DNA of 57,828 nucleotides from an uncultured Bacilli bacterium. Lineage in GTDB: Bacteria > Bacillota_I > Bacilli_A > RF39 > UBA660. Below, in pieces: positions 1-8,692 of this stretch. The stretch's first letter is position 1. Every line of letters begins with the position of its first letter. The notes below the pieces were generated by a model. The model saw only the letters and a list, made by a program, of their open reading frames with translations. It searched no databases and was not told where the DNA came from. The stretch is taken from the NCBI GenBank assembly GCA_948629335.1, contig CAPHZB010000002.1, positions 1 through 57,828 on the forward strand. The letters run 5' to 3'. A program made the position numbers and the translations under genes.

Positions 1-272
1 CAAAAGAATGGCGAGAAAATAATCCAAAACTTGCAGAGGATGGAAATATGAGAGATTACACTGATTTACTTCATTTGGTAATATTAAATAATTTAGAAAA
101 TTCTAATGCTGAATTTATTAAATTAGGCATTAGTCAAAGAGAAAGACTAATAAAATTAAATGAATCCGCTAGAAATCAAATGGAAGTATTAAAAAATAAT
201 AATGGAATTAAGGAATTAGAAATATTGCAAAAGCAAATAAATGCAAGTAAACATTTAATAGAAACAAAATAA
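1..272 (+). CDS. 3' end of a CDS entering from the left edge; prophage antirepressor/DinD-like C-terminal region (tentative)
   Basis: The frame is open from nt 3 to the stop at 270-272. The peptide ...GNMRDYTDLLHLVILNNLENSNAEF... resembles the N-x-RD...LEL..L..L.E segment I recall from Bro/KilAC/DinD-type prophage proteins. This rests on recollection only. Confidence 0.35.
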   Translation, partial: KEWRENNPKLAEDGNMRDYTDLLHLVILNNLENSNAEFIKLGISQRERLIKLNESARNQMEVLKNNNGIKELEILQKQINASKHLIETK

Positions 273-278
273 TATTAA

Positions 279-320
279 AAAGACGGTCACATATTATCAA
301 TGCAACTGTCTTTTTATTTT
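279..320. terminator. Bidirectional intrinsic terminator between convergent genes
   Basis: AAAGACGGT (279-287) pairs with ACTGTCTTT (305-313), with one G-U pair. T-runs follow the hairpin on both strands. Confidence 0.5.
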
Positions 321-1774
321 CTTCCAAATAATCCATGTTTTTTCTCAATTGTTTTAGTTAAAACATAAGGTTTATTATTTTCATCATCAGGTTTTACTAA
401 TGAAATACTTGAATATTCTCCAGCAAATATTCTAAATAAAGCACTACTTATGCAATCATCAAACACTGTTTTTAAACTTCTAGCACCACTTTGCTTTGAG
501 ATGGCAAGTTCAGCAATATATTCAATAAATTCATCACTAAAATCAAAATCTACTTCTAACATATCAAATAATTTTTTATATGTGTTTAATGGACTAAAAT
601 CAGATTTTTTTAATATTTTAATTATATCTTCTTTTGATAATGGATTCATTGCAATAGTTTTAGAAAATCTACCAATTAATTCTCTCATAATACCATATTT
701 AATAAAATCATTACTACTAATTTTGCTATAATCATCGTAATTTACTTTTTCCCCTATGTTATTACTTCCAAACCCAATGGTATTACCACTATTTTGTTTT
801 TTTTCATCAATTATACCAGTAAATGCACCTAATGCAACAACTGTTAATTTAGATGTATCAAATTTTTTATCACCAAAATAGAATAATGTTCCATCAAGTA
901 ATTTTAATAGTGATCTTTGAACTCCTAACCTAGAAACGTGAGATTGATTATCTTCGGATTTTTCAGCAAGTTTATCAAATTCATCAATTACTAAAATACC
1001 TTTTTCTGCAAGTTCAATGTCATTATCAGCTGCAAGGCATAAATCTTCAAGCATATCAGTTATTTTTCTTCCTTGATAACCTGTTTCAGAAAGTGAAGTG
1101 GCATCTTCAATAACTAGAGGTATATTATACAATTTAGAGATTCTTTTTAAAATTTCTGTTTTACCAGTTCCAGTAGAACCATAAATTAAAATGTTTTCTT
1201 TTAATTTGGCTATTAAATCCATATCTAAATCAGAATTAACAACCTTTTGATTTTTAAATAGTGCAGTTAATATTTGCATTATTTGTTCGTCCTGTGAAAT
1301 TATTGTTTTCTTAATTGACGAATACATAGATGATATATCGCTAGTCTTTTCAAATTCCTCTTCGTCAAAATCTGATTGTCCTTTTTTATCTTCTTTTTGT
1401 AAGTAAGATATTAAATCTCTATTCAATAATTGAGTTAATCCTGTACTTTTATCATTTCTTAAATAATATTTTGCAGTCTTTGATATTCTTTTTTTTCTAA
1501 TTTCTATAAAATCTACGCTATTTTCATTATCTTTAATTGCTTTATCAATATCATCACTTAAAAAGACATATTCACCTTCATTTGCATCTTCGTTAATAAA
1601 ACTAGCATATATACCAGCATTATTTCCACTTAAAACATTACATATGTCATTATTATGAGTATTAGTAAAACCAATACCTGAAACATAATCAATAAATTCA
1701 AATACTTCATACTTTTTGTCTTGATAATTTATGTATTTTTTCTTAAATAAATATCCAACTCTTAAACTAGACAT
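314..1774 (-). CDS. ClpX-family AAA+ unfoldase paralog with a non-canonical N-terminal domain and no C4 zinc finger
   Basis: Walker A is GSTGTGKT, Walker B is ILVIDEFDKL and sensor-2 is GARSLKTVF. The pore-1 loop is GYQG (ClpX has GYVG) and an IGF-type ClpP-docking tripeptide is kept (NTIGFGSN). I prefer the start at ATG 1774 (MSSLRVGY...) because a G7 Shine-Dalgarno lies at 1781-1787. The longer ORF up to 1969 has no RBS. Confidence 0.8.
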   Translation of the reverse strand: MSSLRVGYLFKKKYINYQDKKYEVFEFIDYVSGIGFTNTHNNDICNVLSGNNAGIYASFINEDANEGEYVFLSDDIDKAIKDNENSVDFIEIRKKRISKTAKYYLRNDKSTGLTQLLNRDLISYLQKEDKKGQSDFDEEEFEKTSDISSMYSSIKKTIISQDEQIMQILTALFKNQKVVNSDLDMDLIAKLKENILIYGSTGTGKTEILKRISKLYNIPLVIEDATSLSETGYQGRKITDMLEDLCLAADNDIELAEKGILVIDEFDKLAEKSEDNQSHVSRLGVQRSLLKLLDGTLFYFGDKKFDTSKLTVVALGAFTGIIDEKKQNSGNTIGFGSNNIGEKVNYDDYSKISSNDFIKYGIMRELIGRFSKTIAMNPLSKEDIIKILKKSDFSPLNTYKKLFDMLEVDFDFSDEFIEYIAELAISKQSGARSLKTVFDDCISSALFRIFAGEYSSISLVKPDDENNKPYVLTKTIEKKHGLFGRK

Positions 1775-2093
1775 AGTATTCCCCCCCAATGTGAGAGTTA
1801 TTATATCATACTTTTTAATTTTTTTGTTAAAACTATTCAAATTTCTTAAAAAATGTGCTATATTCTTATTAGTGAGTGATATTTGTATCATTCGTACTTG
1901 TGAAAAGTTGTAGATATCTACGACACTCGCACCATTAGGAAATTCGTTCGAACTATTCGGACTTAACATATAATACCAGTCAATGTGATTTGTATTTTTT
2001 TAACCCCCTAGGTAATTTTGCTATACTTGGCGAAATACAGGGTGAGGTAAATATTTTGTCAAAGACGAAATATGATATTAAGAGGGTTTATTT

Positions 2094-2726
2094 ATGGTAG
2101 TAGAATTTAAAGATAACAATTGTTTTAGTGGAGTAAAAGATATCTTTATTAGAGATGGTAGAAAATTACTTAAAATATTTTATGGTGCAAATGGAGATTT
2201 ATATTTTGATATATTTGGAAGTGGCAACAAAAATGAAAATGGTCTTCGTACTGCTATTTTTAGCATCAAACAACATGAAGAAGTTTATCAATATTTTGAA
2301 CGGCTTGTAAATTGTATAATAGGTTGTGAAGTATTTGATATGAGTGATATTGAATTAAAATTCTGTGATTTTGATAATGATGTTACTGATGAACTAAATT
2401 CTGCTCAAAAAAGAAATGAGAACTTAAAAACAAAGCAAGTTTATAAAAAATTAGTACACAATGACACAATTATTTGGCATAGTGATAATATATATGATGA
2501 AAGTGCAAATATTCTACAAATTGAAGGAAATCGTGAAGAGATTAAATTGACATTTATTGATAACCCTGATGATCCGTCATTTGGATTTGGTATCAGAATT
2601 TGTAATTCAGGCTCTAAGTATGATCCGTTTAATATATGTTTTATGAAATTATTTAATCAACTTCAATTGTTAGATAAAGCCGATTCAATAAAAAAATTAG
2701 TGAAGACTGAAAAAAGTTGTAAATAA
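2094..2726 (+). CDS. Hypothetical protein, 210 aa, divergent from the ClpX paralog
   Basis: Clean ORF followed by a terminator at 2789-2815. A putative TTTAAC-17-TATACT promoter lies upstream. I recognise no motif. Confidence 0.6.
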   Translation: MVVEFKDNNCFSGVKDIFIRDGRKLLKIFYGANGDLYFDIFGSGNKNENGLRTAIFSIKQHEEVYQYFERLVNCIIGCEVFDMSDIELKFCDFDNDVTDELNSAQKRNENLKTKQVYKKLVHNDTIIWHSDNIYDESANILQIEGNREEIKLTFIDNPDDPSFGFGIRICNSGSKYDPFNICFMKLFNQLQLLDKADSIKKLVKTEKSCK

Positions 2727-2788
2727 CTACTTCAATGGCACCAGATTGATAGGAAACTCGAACTTTTTATTCGGGAGTAATAAATATT

Positions 2789-2815
2789 AACTAGAAGTAT
2801 CGTCTAGTTTTTTTG
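2789..2815 (+). terminator. Intrinsic terminator
   Basis: AACTAGA/TCTAGTT stem followed by a T7 run. Confidence 0.6.
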
Positions 2816-2845
2816 TTATTTGAGAATGAAAGTGAAGAGTTTTTT

Positions 2846-3004
2846 ATGAAAGTAGAAGTAAAAGAATTAAAAATTAGCAATGAATTGCAAAAGAAAATTG
2901 ATATGATATGTAGATTTGCAGGTGTAAGTTCTGCCTTTTCAAGTGGATGTGTAAAAAATGTAAAAGGAACAAATATTGCCTATGTGAAACCCCATATTAA
3001 ATAA
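2846..3004 (+). CDS. Small hypothetical protein (52 aa from ATG 2846)
   Basis: ORF-track entry 2813-3004; the internal ATG at 2846 gives MKVEVKELK.... The RBS is weak and there is no recognisable motif. Confidence 0.3.
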   Translation: MKVEVKELKISNELQKKIDMICRFAGVSSAFSSGCVKNVKGTNIAYVKPHIK

Positions 3005-3135
3005 AGAGATTGTTGAATTCAAAACGGCTGAGTAGTAACTATCTCCGCCAAGTTTTTATTATTTTTTTCAGTTCTAGAATGATTTACATTGTTAATTTTG
3101 ATATAATATTCATAGATAAAACTTAATGAAATGAG

Positions 3136-3986
3136 GTGACACGTTTGAATATAGAAAATATTGAGAGATTATTAAAACAAATAGATGAAAAGGTATATAC
3201 TTGTAAATCTTGTGATAAATTAGTAGACAAATTTCCTAATGATTCAACAGTGTTTCTTGGAAAAGACAACGATATAGTTTTAGTTGGAGAAGCACCTGCA
3301 AATAATGGTTGGAGAAAAAGTCATAAACTATGGTGCGATATGAATGGGAAGGTATTACCTAGTGGAGTTGTATTACAAAAACTATTGGATATAATTGATA
3401 GGAATATTTTTGAAACTACTTTTTTAGAGTCCGTTAAATGTTATCCACTTGAAAGGAAAAATTTAAAAACTTGTTCTAATAATTGTAAGAATATAATAGA
3501 CTTGTTCGGCAAGCTTAGGTCAAATTTAATCAGTAAATACAACATATTATTCACAACTAAGATAAGTATTACTTTCAATGATTTTTGCATATTTTAGGAT
3601 AACATTTTTAACTATTATAATTATTACACTTTATATTGTAAGGATAATGCTATTTACGTGGATTTTCTGCCATTCAAATTATTCTTACATAGGTATGCTT
3701 ATTATCCTTTTTCTTCTTTTAATTCAAAGGAATAGCTTGCCGAACAGGTCTAATGTTAGAACAATTAAAAATTTTAAATCCAAAATTAATCATTACCTTA
3801 GGTGAATTTCCAACTAGAAATTTACTCAATTTTAAATTTGGTAAATTTGCGGATGTAGTAGGAAATATATATGAAATTAATGGATATAAGATATTACCTA
3901 TATATCATCCTAGCCCAATTTCACCAAAAAGCTATAAAGGGAATGTTCCAATTTTTCAAAAGTTAAAAGAAATTTATAATTTGTGA
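3136..3986 (+). pseudogene. Uracil-DNA glycosylase superfamily gene (family 4/5-like, with Fe-S cysteines) interrupted by a 252-bp insertion
   Basis: The N-terminal ORF 3136-3597 carries CKSC, GEAPANNG, VKCYP and CSNNC. The C-terminal ORF 3753-3986 carries LNPKLIITLG and YHPSPISP. The two halves are in different frames. Deleting 3499-3752 joins ...CKNII to MLEQLKILNPK... in frame, giving 198 aa. An alternative start is TTG 3145, after GAGGTGA. Confidence 0.75.
3499..3750. mobile_element. MITE-like non-autonomous element with 17-bp terminal inverted repeats and a TA target duplication
   Basis: The left end GACTTGTTCGGCAAGCT (3499-3515) matches the reverse complement of the right end AGCTTGCCGAACAGGTC (3734-3750) at 16 of 17 positions. 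TA flanks both ends (3497-3498 and 3751-3752). The interior is AT-rich with no credible ORF. Confidence 0.6.
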
Positions 3987-4003
3987 AAGGAGAATATTGT
4001 ACT

Positions 4004-4159
4004 ATGGAAGAAAGAATAAATTTAATGATTAGAAGTAGCACGGAAGAGTTTTTAATATTTAAAATTCAAGAAGGCGATAAAGAAATTCAGGTTAGATATG
4101 ATAAAGGGATGATAGAAAAGTTGTTTTTGTATAAATCAATAAAAAATATTGCCTGGTAG
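4004..4159 (+). pseudogene. Truncated RhuM-family-like N-terminal fragment (51 codons)
   Basis: RBS AAAGGAGAA, then MEERINLMIRSSTEEFLIFKIQEGDKEIQVRYDKGMIEKLF.... This resembles the EFLIYQTEDG..I.VR....W....QMAELF N-terminus I recall for RhuM-like proteins. It stops after 51 aa and runs into the tRNA promoter. Confidence 0.35.
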
Positions 4160-4189
4160 GAAATATTCATGTTATACTATTAGTAGCTT

Positions 4190-4274
4190 GTGAGAATGGC
4201 GGAATGGTAGACGCGCTACTTTGAGGGGGTAGTGAATTTTATTCGTGAGAGTTCAAATCTCTTTTCTCACACCA
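4190..4274 (+). tRNA. tRNA-Leu (anticodon GAG), class II with a long variable arm and encoded CCA
   Basis: Acceptor stem is GTGAGAA/TTCTCAC. The D region TGGCGGAATGGTAGACGCG is typical of tRNA-Leu. The anticodon stem is CTACT/GGTAG with loop TTGAGGG. A long variable arm precedes the T arm GAGAG-TTCAAAT-CTCTT, then ACCA. Confidence 0.9.
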
Positions 4275-4320
4275 AAGAAGAATCTGCTAGAACTTTTATA
4301 GTTAGAGCTTAATGATAAAT

Positions 4321-4349
4321 ATCAATTCTAGAAATGGAATTGATTTTTT
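4321..4349 (+). terminator. Intrinsic terminator after tRNA-Leu
   Basis: ATCAATTC (4321-4328) pairs with GAATTGAT (4337-4344), followed by TTTTT. Confidence 0.7.
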
Positions 4350-4410
4350 GTTGTGCAAAGATAAGTGAGGAGATTCTTTAATGGCTAATATTATCAAATA
4401 AGGAATTGAA

Positions 4411-4933
4411 ATGGAAATGGCTTTAAAAAACAAGATTGAATTTATATGTAGTTTTTGTAATACTACACCAATAATTCATAATGGAAGTATTAGAACAATA
4501 GAACATACAAATATCTCTTATGTGGGGCCTCATAGCATTATTATTAAAGGTATTACTTTTTTGGTATTTAACTATTGCTGAATACATTGATAAAAAAGGT
4601 TATGCTTTAATTGGTAATGTTGTTACGAAATTAAGATTTAGTGAGTATTTGACTTTTGAAAAGAATAATAAACATTACTGGTTGGAACATTTATGGAATA
4701 TATGTAAGGGAATCCATAAATACAACACAAAAGAAGTTCTATTATTGGATGTAAGAAAAAAATTTATTCAATATGAATTAAACAATAAGTATGAGAAACA
4801 AAACCTTGTTTTATATAATACCCAAAACAATACCAAAAGCCAAAATTCCATACCACAGTGCAGGAGTTCTATAGTCATTGTGAAAATGGAAAATTTATTG
4901 ATTTTACTACATTTTGATAAAATGTATCTTTGA
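4411..4933 (+). pseudogene. Frameshifted hypothetical gene (56-codon ORF 4411-4581 plus the overlapping ORF ending at 4933)
   Basis: Two overlapping ORFs in adjacent frames meet at a T6 homopolymer (about 4555-4560). Removing one T would fuse them. The N-terminus has a CxxC...H segment (FICSFCNTTPIIHNGS). No family is recognised. Confidence 0.3.
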
Positions 4934-4958
4934 CATATCCTTACAAATGTGGTACTAT
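4930..4958 (+). promoter_or_regulatory. Sigma-A type promoter for the ABC exporter leader
   Basis: TTGACA (4930-4935), a 17-nt spacer, then TACTAT (4953-4958). Confidence 0.6.
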
Positions 4959-5033
4959 GAACATATCAAAAAGGTGTGTATCCTAAAATTGGAACATTTC
5001 TAAGTACTTGTTATCTTCAGACTGATTGGAATA

Positions 5034-5160
5034 GGCACTCCATCAAATAAAAGAGTGTCTCGTTTTTACTTAAAAGAGATTAAAAATATATCAAATATGC
5101 AAATATGATTTAAAGGAAATAGGAAGAAAATTTCCTTATTTCTTCCTATACTTGTTTTTA
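5034..5160 (+). promoter_or_regulatory. Transcription attenuator leader with alternative hairpins
   Basis: Hairpin 1 is GGCACTC...GAGTGTC followed by TTTTT (5034-5067). AAGGAAAT (5113-5120) can pair with ATTTCCTT (5130-5137). Alternatively AGGAAGAAA (5121-5129) pairs with TTTCTTCCT (5139-5147), followed by T-rich sequence. The last two pairings exclude each other. Confidence 0.5.
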
Positions 5161-5171
5161 TGAGGTGATGT

Positions 5172-6917
5172 ATGATGAGAAGAAAAGAAAAATCTAACTT
5201 TTTAAAAAACATAAAAAGAACATGGCAATATATGAAATCTTCTAAATGGAATTTATTTGTTTATGCATCGGCAAGTGTTTTAGAAGGAGTCATCGGAATT
5301 GTTCTTCCTCTTATTTCAGCAAAAATTATTTTAAATTTAACTGATGGTCTTATGAATCAACTCATGTTGACTGCTTTAGCCGTTCTTTTAATTGAATTAT
5401 TTCTTTACATTTTATTTTATTTCAAATCCTCTTTTTACCAAAAAATATATCAAAAAACACTTGTCGATTTACAAATGGCAGTTGCAAGGGAAACACTAAA
5501 AATAGAGGTAAGTGAAATGGATAAAGTATCAACAGGCGTATTCATCGATCGTTTAAATAAAGATACGGAAGAAATTGCCTCCATGTTTATGGAGTATACT
5601 TTTTGGATTTCTCAAGTTGTATCGCATATAGGAATCGTATTTGCTATTTTTGCTGTCAATAAGTATTTATTTATCTATGCTTTATTCACAGGAATAGTTA
5701 TATTTATTATTAATAAGAAAAAGCTAGATAAACGCTCAGAAGTGAGAAAAAGTTTAAAAAAGATTCGAGAGAGAAAAACTGGTTTAACAAGTGAATTAGT
5801 AAGAGGTATTCGCGATATTAAAGTTTTAAATGCGGAACACTCTATTTTAAAACAAACAGAAAGTAGTATTGTAAGAGCATCAAAAGAAGAAATTAAAATG
5901 ATGAATATCAGTAGGGTGTATCAATATATAGAAGAGAATGTTCGAGCAATTAGTGATTTTCTTTTTATTGTATTTGGATGTTTTCTTTATAAAGAAGGAT
6001 TACTTACGATTCCTATTTTTGTAATTGTCTATAATTATCAAGGAAAAGTAAAAAGTTTATTAACAGGAGTTTCAAAATTACTTGAATATAGTAAACAATT
6101 TATAGTATCTTCTGATCGAATCTTTGAAATTATTGAAGATGATACATTTAAAAAAGAAAAGTTTGGAACGATTACACGTAAGAAATTAAGTGGACATATT
6201 TTATTTGATCATGTAAGTTTTCAGTATAAAGAGGACTCTCCTATATTAAATAAGATGAGTTTTGAGATTTATCCAAACGAAAAAGTTGCTTTTGTTGGAA
6301 AAAGTGGTGTAGGAAAAACAACTATTTTTAATTTGATTACGAAACTCTATTCTGTAACAGACGGTTGCATTTATTTGGATGGACATGCTATTGAAGACTT
6401 AACCTGTGATACATTAAGAAATAATATGTCTATTATTACACAAAATCCTTACATATTTAATTTTTCTATCAAAGAAAATCTTTTATTAGCAAAAGAAGAT
6501 GCGAGTATGGAAGAAATACGAACAGCCTGTAAATTAGCGTGTATAGATGAATATATTATGTCCTTACCAGATGCATATGATACCATGGTTGGGGAAAATG
6601 GTGTAATTTTATCGGGAGGCCAGAAACAACGTTTAGCAATTGCTCGAGCTTTACTGATGAAAACAGAAATTATTTTATTTGATGAAGCGACATCTGCACT
6701 TGATAATGAGACACAAGGTGAAATCCAAAATGCAATTGCAAATTTAAAAGGCGAATATACCATTTTAATTGTGGCTCATCGTTTATCAACTATTATTGAT
6801 AGTGATAAAATATTTGTTGTAGAAGGTGGAAAGGTTTTAGCGCAAGGAACGCATAAAGAATTATTAAAGTCGTGTTCTTTCTATAAAGGGCTTTATGAAA
6901 AGGATTTACAAGTATAA
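5172..6917 (+). CDS. ABC transporter ATP-binding/permease protein (type I exporter half-transporter)
   Basis: Six-TM N-terminal half followed by Walker A GKSGVGKTT, signature LSGGQKQR, Walker B ILFDEATSALD and an H-loop in IVAHRLS. Confidence 0.9.
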   Translation: MMRRKEKSNFLKNIKRTWQYMKSSKWNLFVYASASVLEGVIGIVLPLISAKIILNLTDGLMNQLMLTALAVLLIELFLYILFYFKSSFYQKIYQKTLVDLQMAVARETLKIEVSEMDKVSTGVFIDRLNKDTEEIASMFMEYTFWISQVVSHIGIVFAIFAVNKYLFIYALFTGIVIFIINKKKLDKRSEVRKSLKKIRERKTGLTSELVRGIRDIKVLNAEHSILKQTESSIVRASKEEIKMMNISRVYQYIEENVRAISDFLFIVFGCFLYKEGLLTIPIFVIVYNYQGKVKSLLTGVSKLLEYSKQFIVSSDRIFEIIEDDTFKKEKFGTITRKKLSGHILFDHVSFQYKEDSPILNKMSFEIYPNEKVAFVGKSGVGKTTIFNLITKLYSVTDGCIYLDGHAIEDLTCDTLRNNMSIITQNPYIFNFSIKENLLLAKEDASMEEIRTACKLACIDEYIMSLPDAYDTMVGENGVILSGGQKQRLAIARALLMKTEIILFDEATSALDNETQGEIQNAIANLKGEYTILIVAHRLSTIIDSDKIFVVEGGKVLAQGTHKELLKSCSFYKGLYEKDLQV

Positions 6918-6949
6918 TCTGAAAAACATATAGAAGGGGAGTGTCATAA

Positions 6950-8692
6950 ATGAAAAAGGATAAAAAGAAAAAAGGAAATAGTTTTAAAATTTTTTTTGTG
7001 TATCTTAAACAATATAAAATGAAATTAATAGGAATCTCTATTTGTATTTTCTTATTTAACTTATCTTATATTTTGACTGGATATTTAAATGGTGCTGCAA
7101 TAGAGTCAGTTGTAAATCAGAAGATAGAAGAATCTCTATTCTTTTTAGGTATCTACTTTTTGATAGAAATAATTAGTGGTTTTATTAATCGAATGGCTTA
7201 TTATTTTTTATCGAAAATTCAGATAAAAGTTTCTAGAAAGATTGGATATGATACCTATTTGAAAGTCATGTGTCTACCTGCTTATGCTTTTGAAGAATTA
7301 TCAAGTGGAGAAATTATTAATCGAGTTACAAATGATACTGAAACAATAGCAGGTTCGATGAACCGTTTAATTAGCATTGTATCAAATATCATTTCCTCTT
7401 TACTTATTTTAGTTTATATTTTCTTAAATAGTTGGATTATTGGATTAGAAATTGTTTTCTTTTTAGTGGTTTACTTATTTATTGTTAAGTATTTTACCAA
7501 ACGTATCAAAACTTATGATAAAGAAGTGAAAACAAAAAATGATGCATATACTGCTATTGCAAATGAATCAGTCAGAGGCATTCGCGAAATTAGGACATTA
7601 GGTATTGTTAAAAACCTAGCTAATAATGTTGCGACAATTATCAAAGAGATGTACCATTGTTCTGTAAAGGGAAATAAGTTAGAAACAAATTATGATTGTG
7701 TTTCAGGATTTTTAAAAAGCATGCTAGAAATAGGAACGTTTATCACCTGTGCGATTCTTGTCTATTATGGACAAATTACAATTACTTTCTTTGTAGCAAT
7801 GACCTATTATATTTATAGATATACGTGGCTTGTTGAAAACGTAACGGAGTTTACAAAAACATATGAAAAATTATCTGTTTCTTTAGATAGAATCAATGAA
7901 ATTGTTGGCAATACATTATACCAGGATGTAAAATATGGAGAACAAGTTTTGAAAAATCCAAAAGGAATTTTGACGTTTAAAGATGTCACATTCCATTATA
8001 AAAATGAAGAAACATTATTAAATCAATTGAGTATTACATTTGAGCCAAATAAAAAAATAGCAATTGTTGGTTCTTCTGGAGAAGGGAAAACAACCTTATT
8101 CAATTTAATTACGAGAATCTTTGATCCTGTTACAGGAACTATTTATTTAGACGATGTTCCACTTTCTTCCCTTACAGAAGAATCCTTAAGAGAAAATATC
8201 TCAATTATTCGGCAAGAGCCTTTCTTATTTAATCGAACGATTTTGGAAAACTTCCAGGTTTTAGACCCTAACATTACTCTAGAAGAGGTTAGAAAATATT
8301 GTAGTCTTGCTTTTATTGATGACTATATTATGAGTTTACCTGAACAATATAACACCATCCTAGGAGAAGGGGGAGTAAACTTATCGGGTGGGCAAAAACA
8401 AAGAATGGCAATTGCCCGCACTCTATTAAAAAAAGCAAAGGTTATTTTATTTGATGAAGCAACATCTGCTTTAGATAATGAATCACAAGCTTATATTAAA
8501 GAGTTAATCGATACTTTAGCACATGACCATACCGTATTGATTGTAGCGCATCGTCTGTCTACTATTATTGATGCTGATATTATTTATGTTATAAAAAAAG
8601 GAAGGGTATTTGCTCAGGGTACACATGAAGAATTAATGAAAACGTGTGAATTTTATAATAAACTATATAATACAGAAGGTAATATAAAGTAA
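6950..8692 (+). CDS. ABC transporter ATP-binding/permease protein, partner half-transporter
   Basis: Same architecture: GSSGEGKTT, LSGGQKQR, ILFDEATSALD, VAHRLS. It starts 32 nt after the first gene, which suggests a heterodimeric exporter. Confidence 0.9.
   Translation: MKKDKKKKGNSFKIFFVYLKQYKMKLIGISICIFLFNLSYILTGYLNGAAIESVVNQKIEESLFFLGIYFLIEIISGFINRMAYYFLSKIQIKVSRKIGYDTYLKVMCLPAYAFEELSSGEIINRVTNDTETIAGSMNRLISIVSNIISSLLILVYIFLNSWIIGLEIVFFLVVYLFIVKYFTKRIKTYDKEVKTKNDAYTAIANESVRGIREIRTLGIVKNLANNVATIIKEMYHCSVKGNKLETNYDCVSGFLKSMLEIGTFITCAILVYYGQITITFFVAMTYYIYRYTWLVENVTEFTKTYEKLSVSLDRINEIVGNTLYQDVKYGEQVLKNPKGILTFKDVTFHYKNEETLLNQLSITFEPNKKIAIVGSSGEGKTTLFNLITRIFDPVTGTIYLDDVPLSSLTEESLRENISIIRQEPFLFNRTILENFQVLDPNITLEEVRKYCSLAFIDDYIMSLPEQYNTILGEGGVNLSGGQKQRMAIARTLLKKAKVILFDEATSALDNESQAYIKELIDTLAHDHTVLIVAHRLSTIIDADIIYVIKKGRVFAQGTHEELMKTCEFYNKLYNTEGNIK

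Noticed and set aside
1775-1969. N-terminal 65 codons of the ORF-track version of the ClpX-like gene.
   Set aside because: A G7 Shine-Dalgarno precedes the internal ATG at 1774, and nothing comparable precedes 1969. The extension also covers the likely promoter.
3578-3805. 75-aa ORF from the track lying inside the UDG interruption.
   Set aside because: It lies entirely within or across the MITE. It is extremely hydrophobic AT-rich read-through with no RBS, so it is best explained as a chance ORF in the inserted element.
6449-6763. Shadow ORFs antisense to well-supported genes. Examples are 450-731, 6449-6763, 13161-13376, 16695-16958, 18181-18462, 20917-21144, 31937-32308, 35602-35835, 36091-36411, 43350-43598, 49298-49633, 50395-50658, 51926-52228, 53526-53735 and 56845-57030.
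   Set aside because: Each lies opposite or inside a CDS with clear family motifs and lacks an RBS. Such ORFs are a typical artefact of AT-rich coding sequence.
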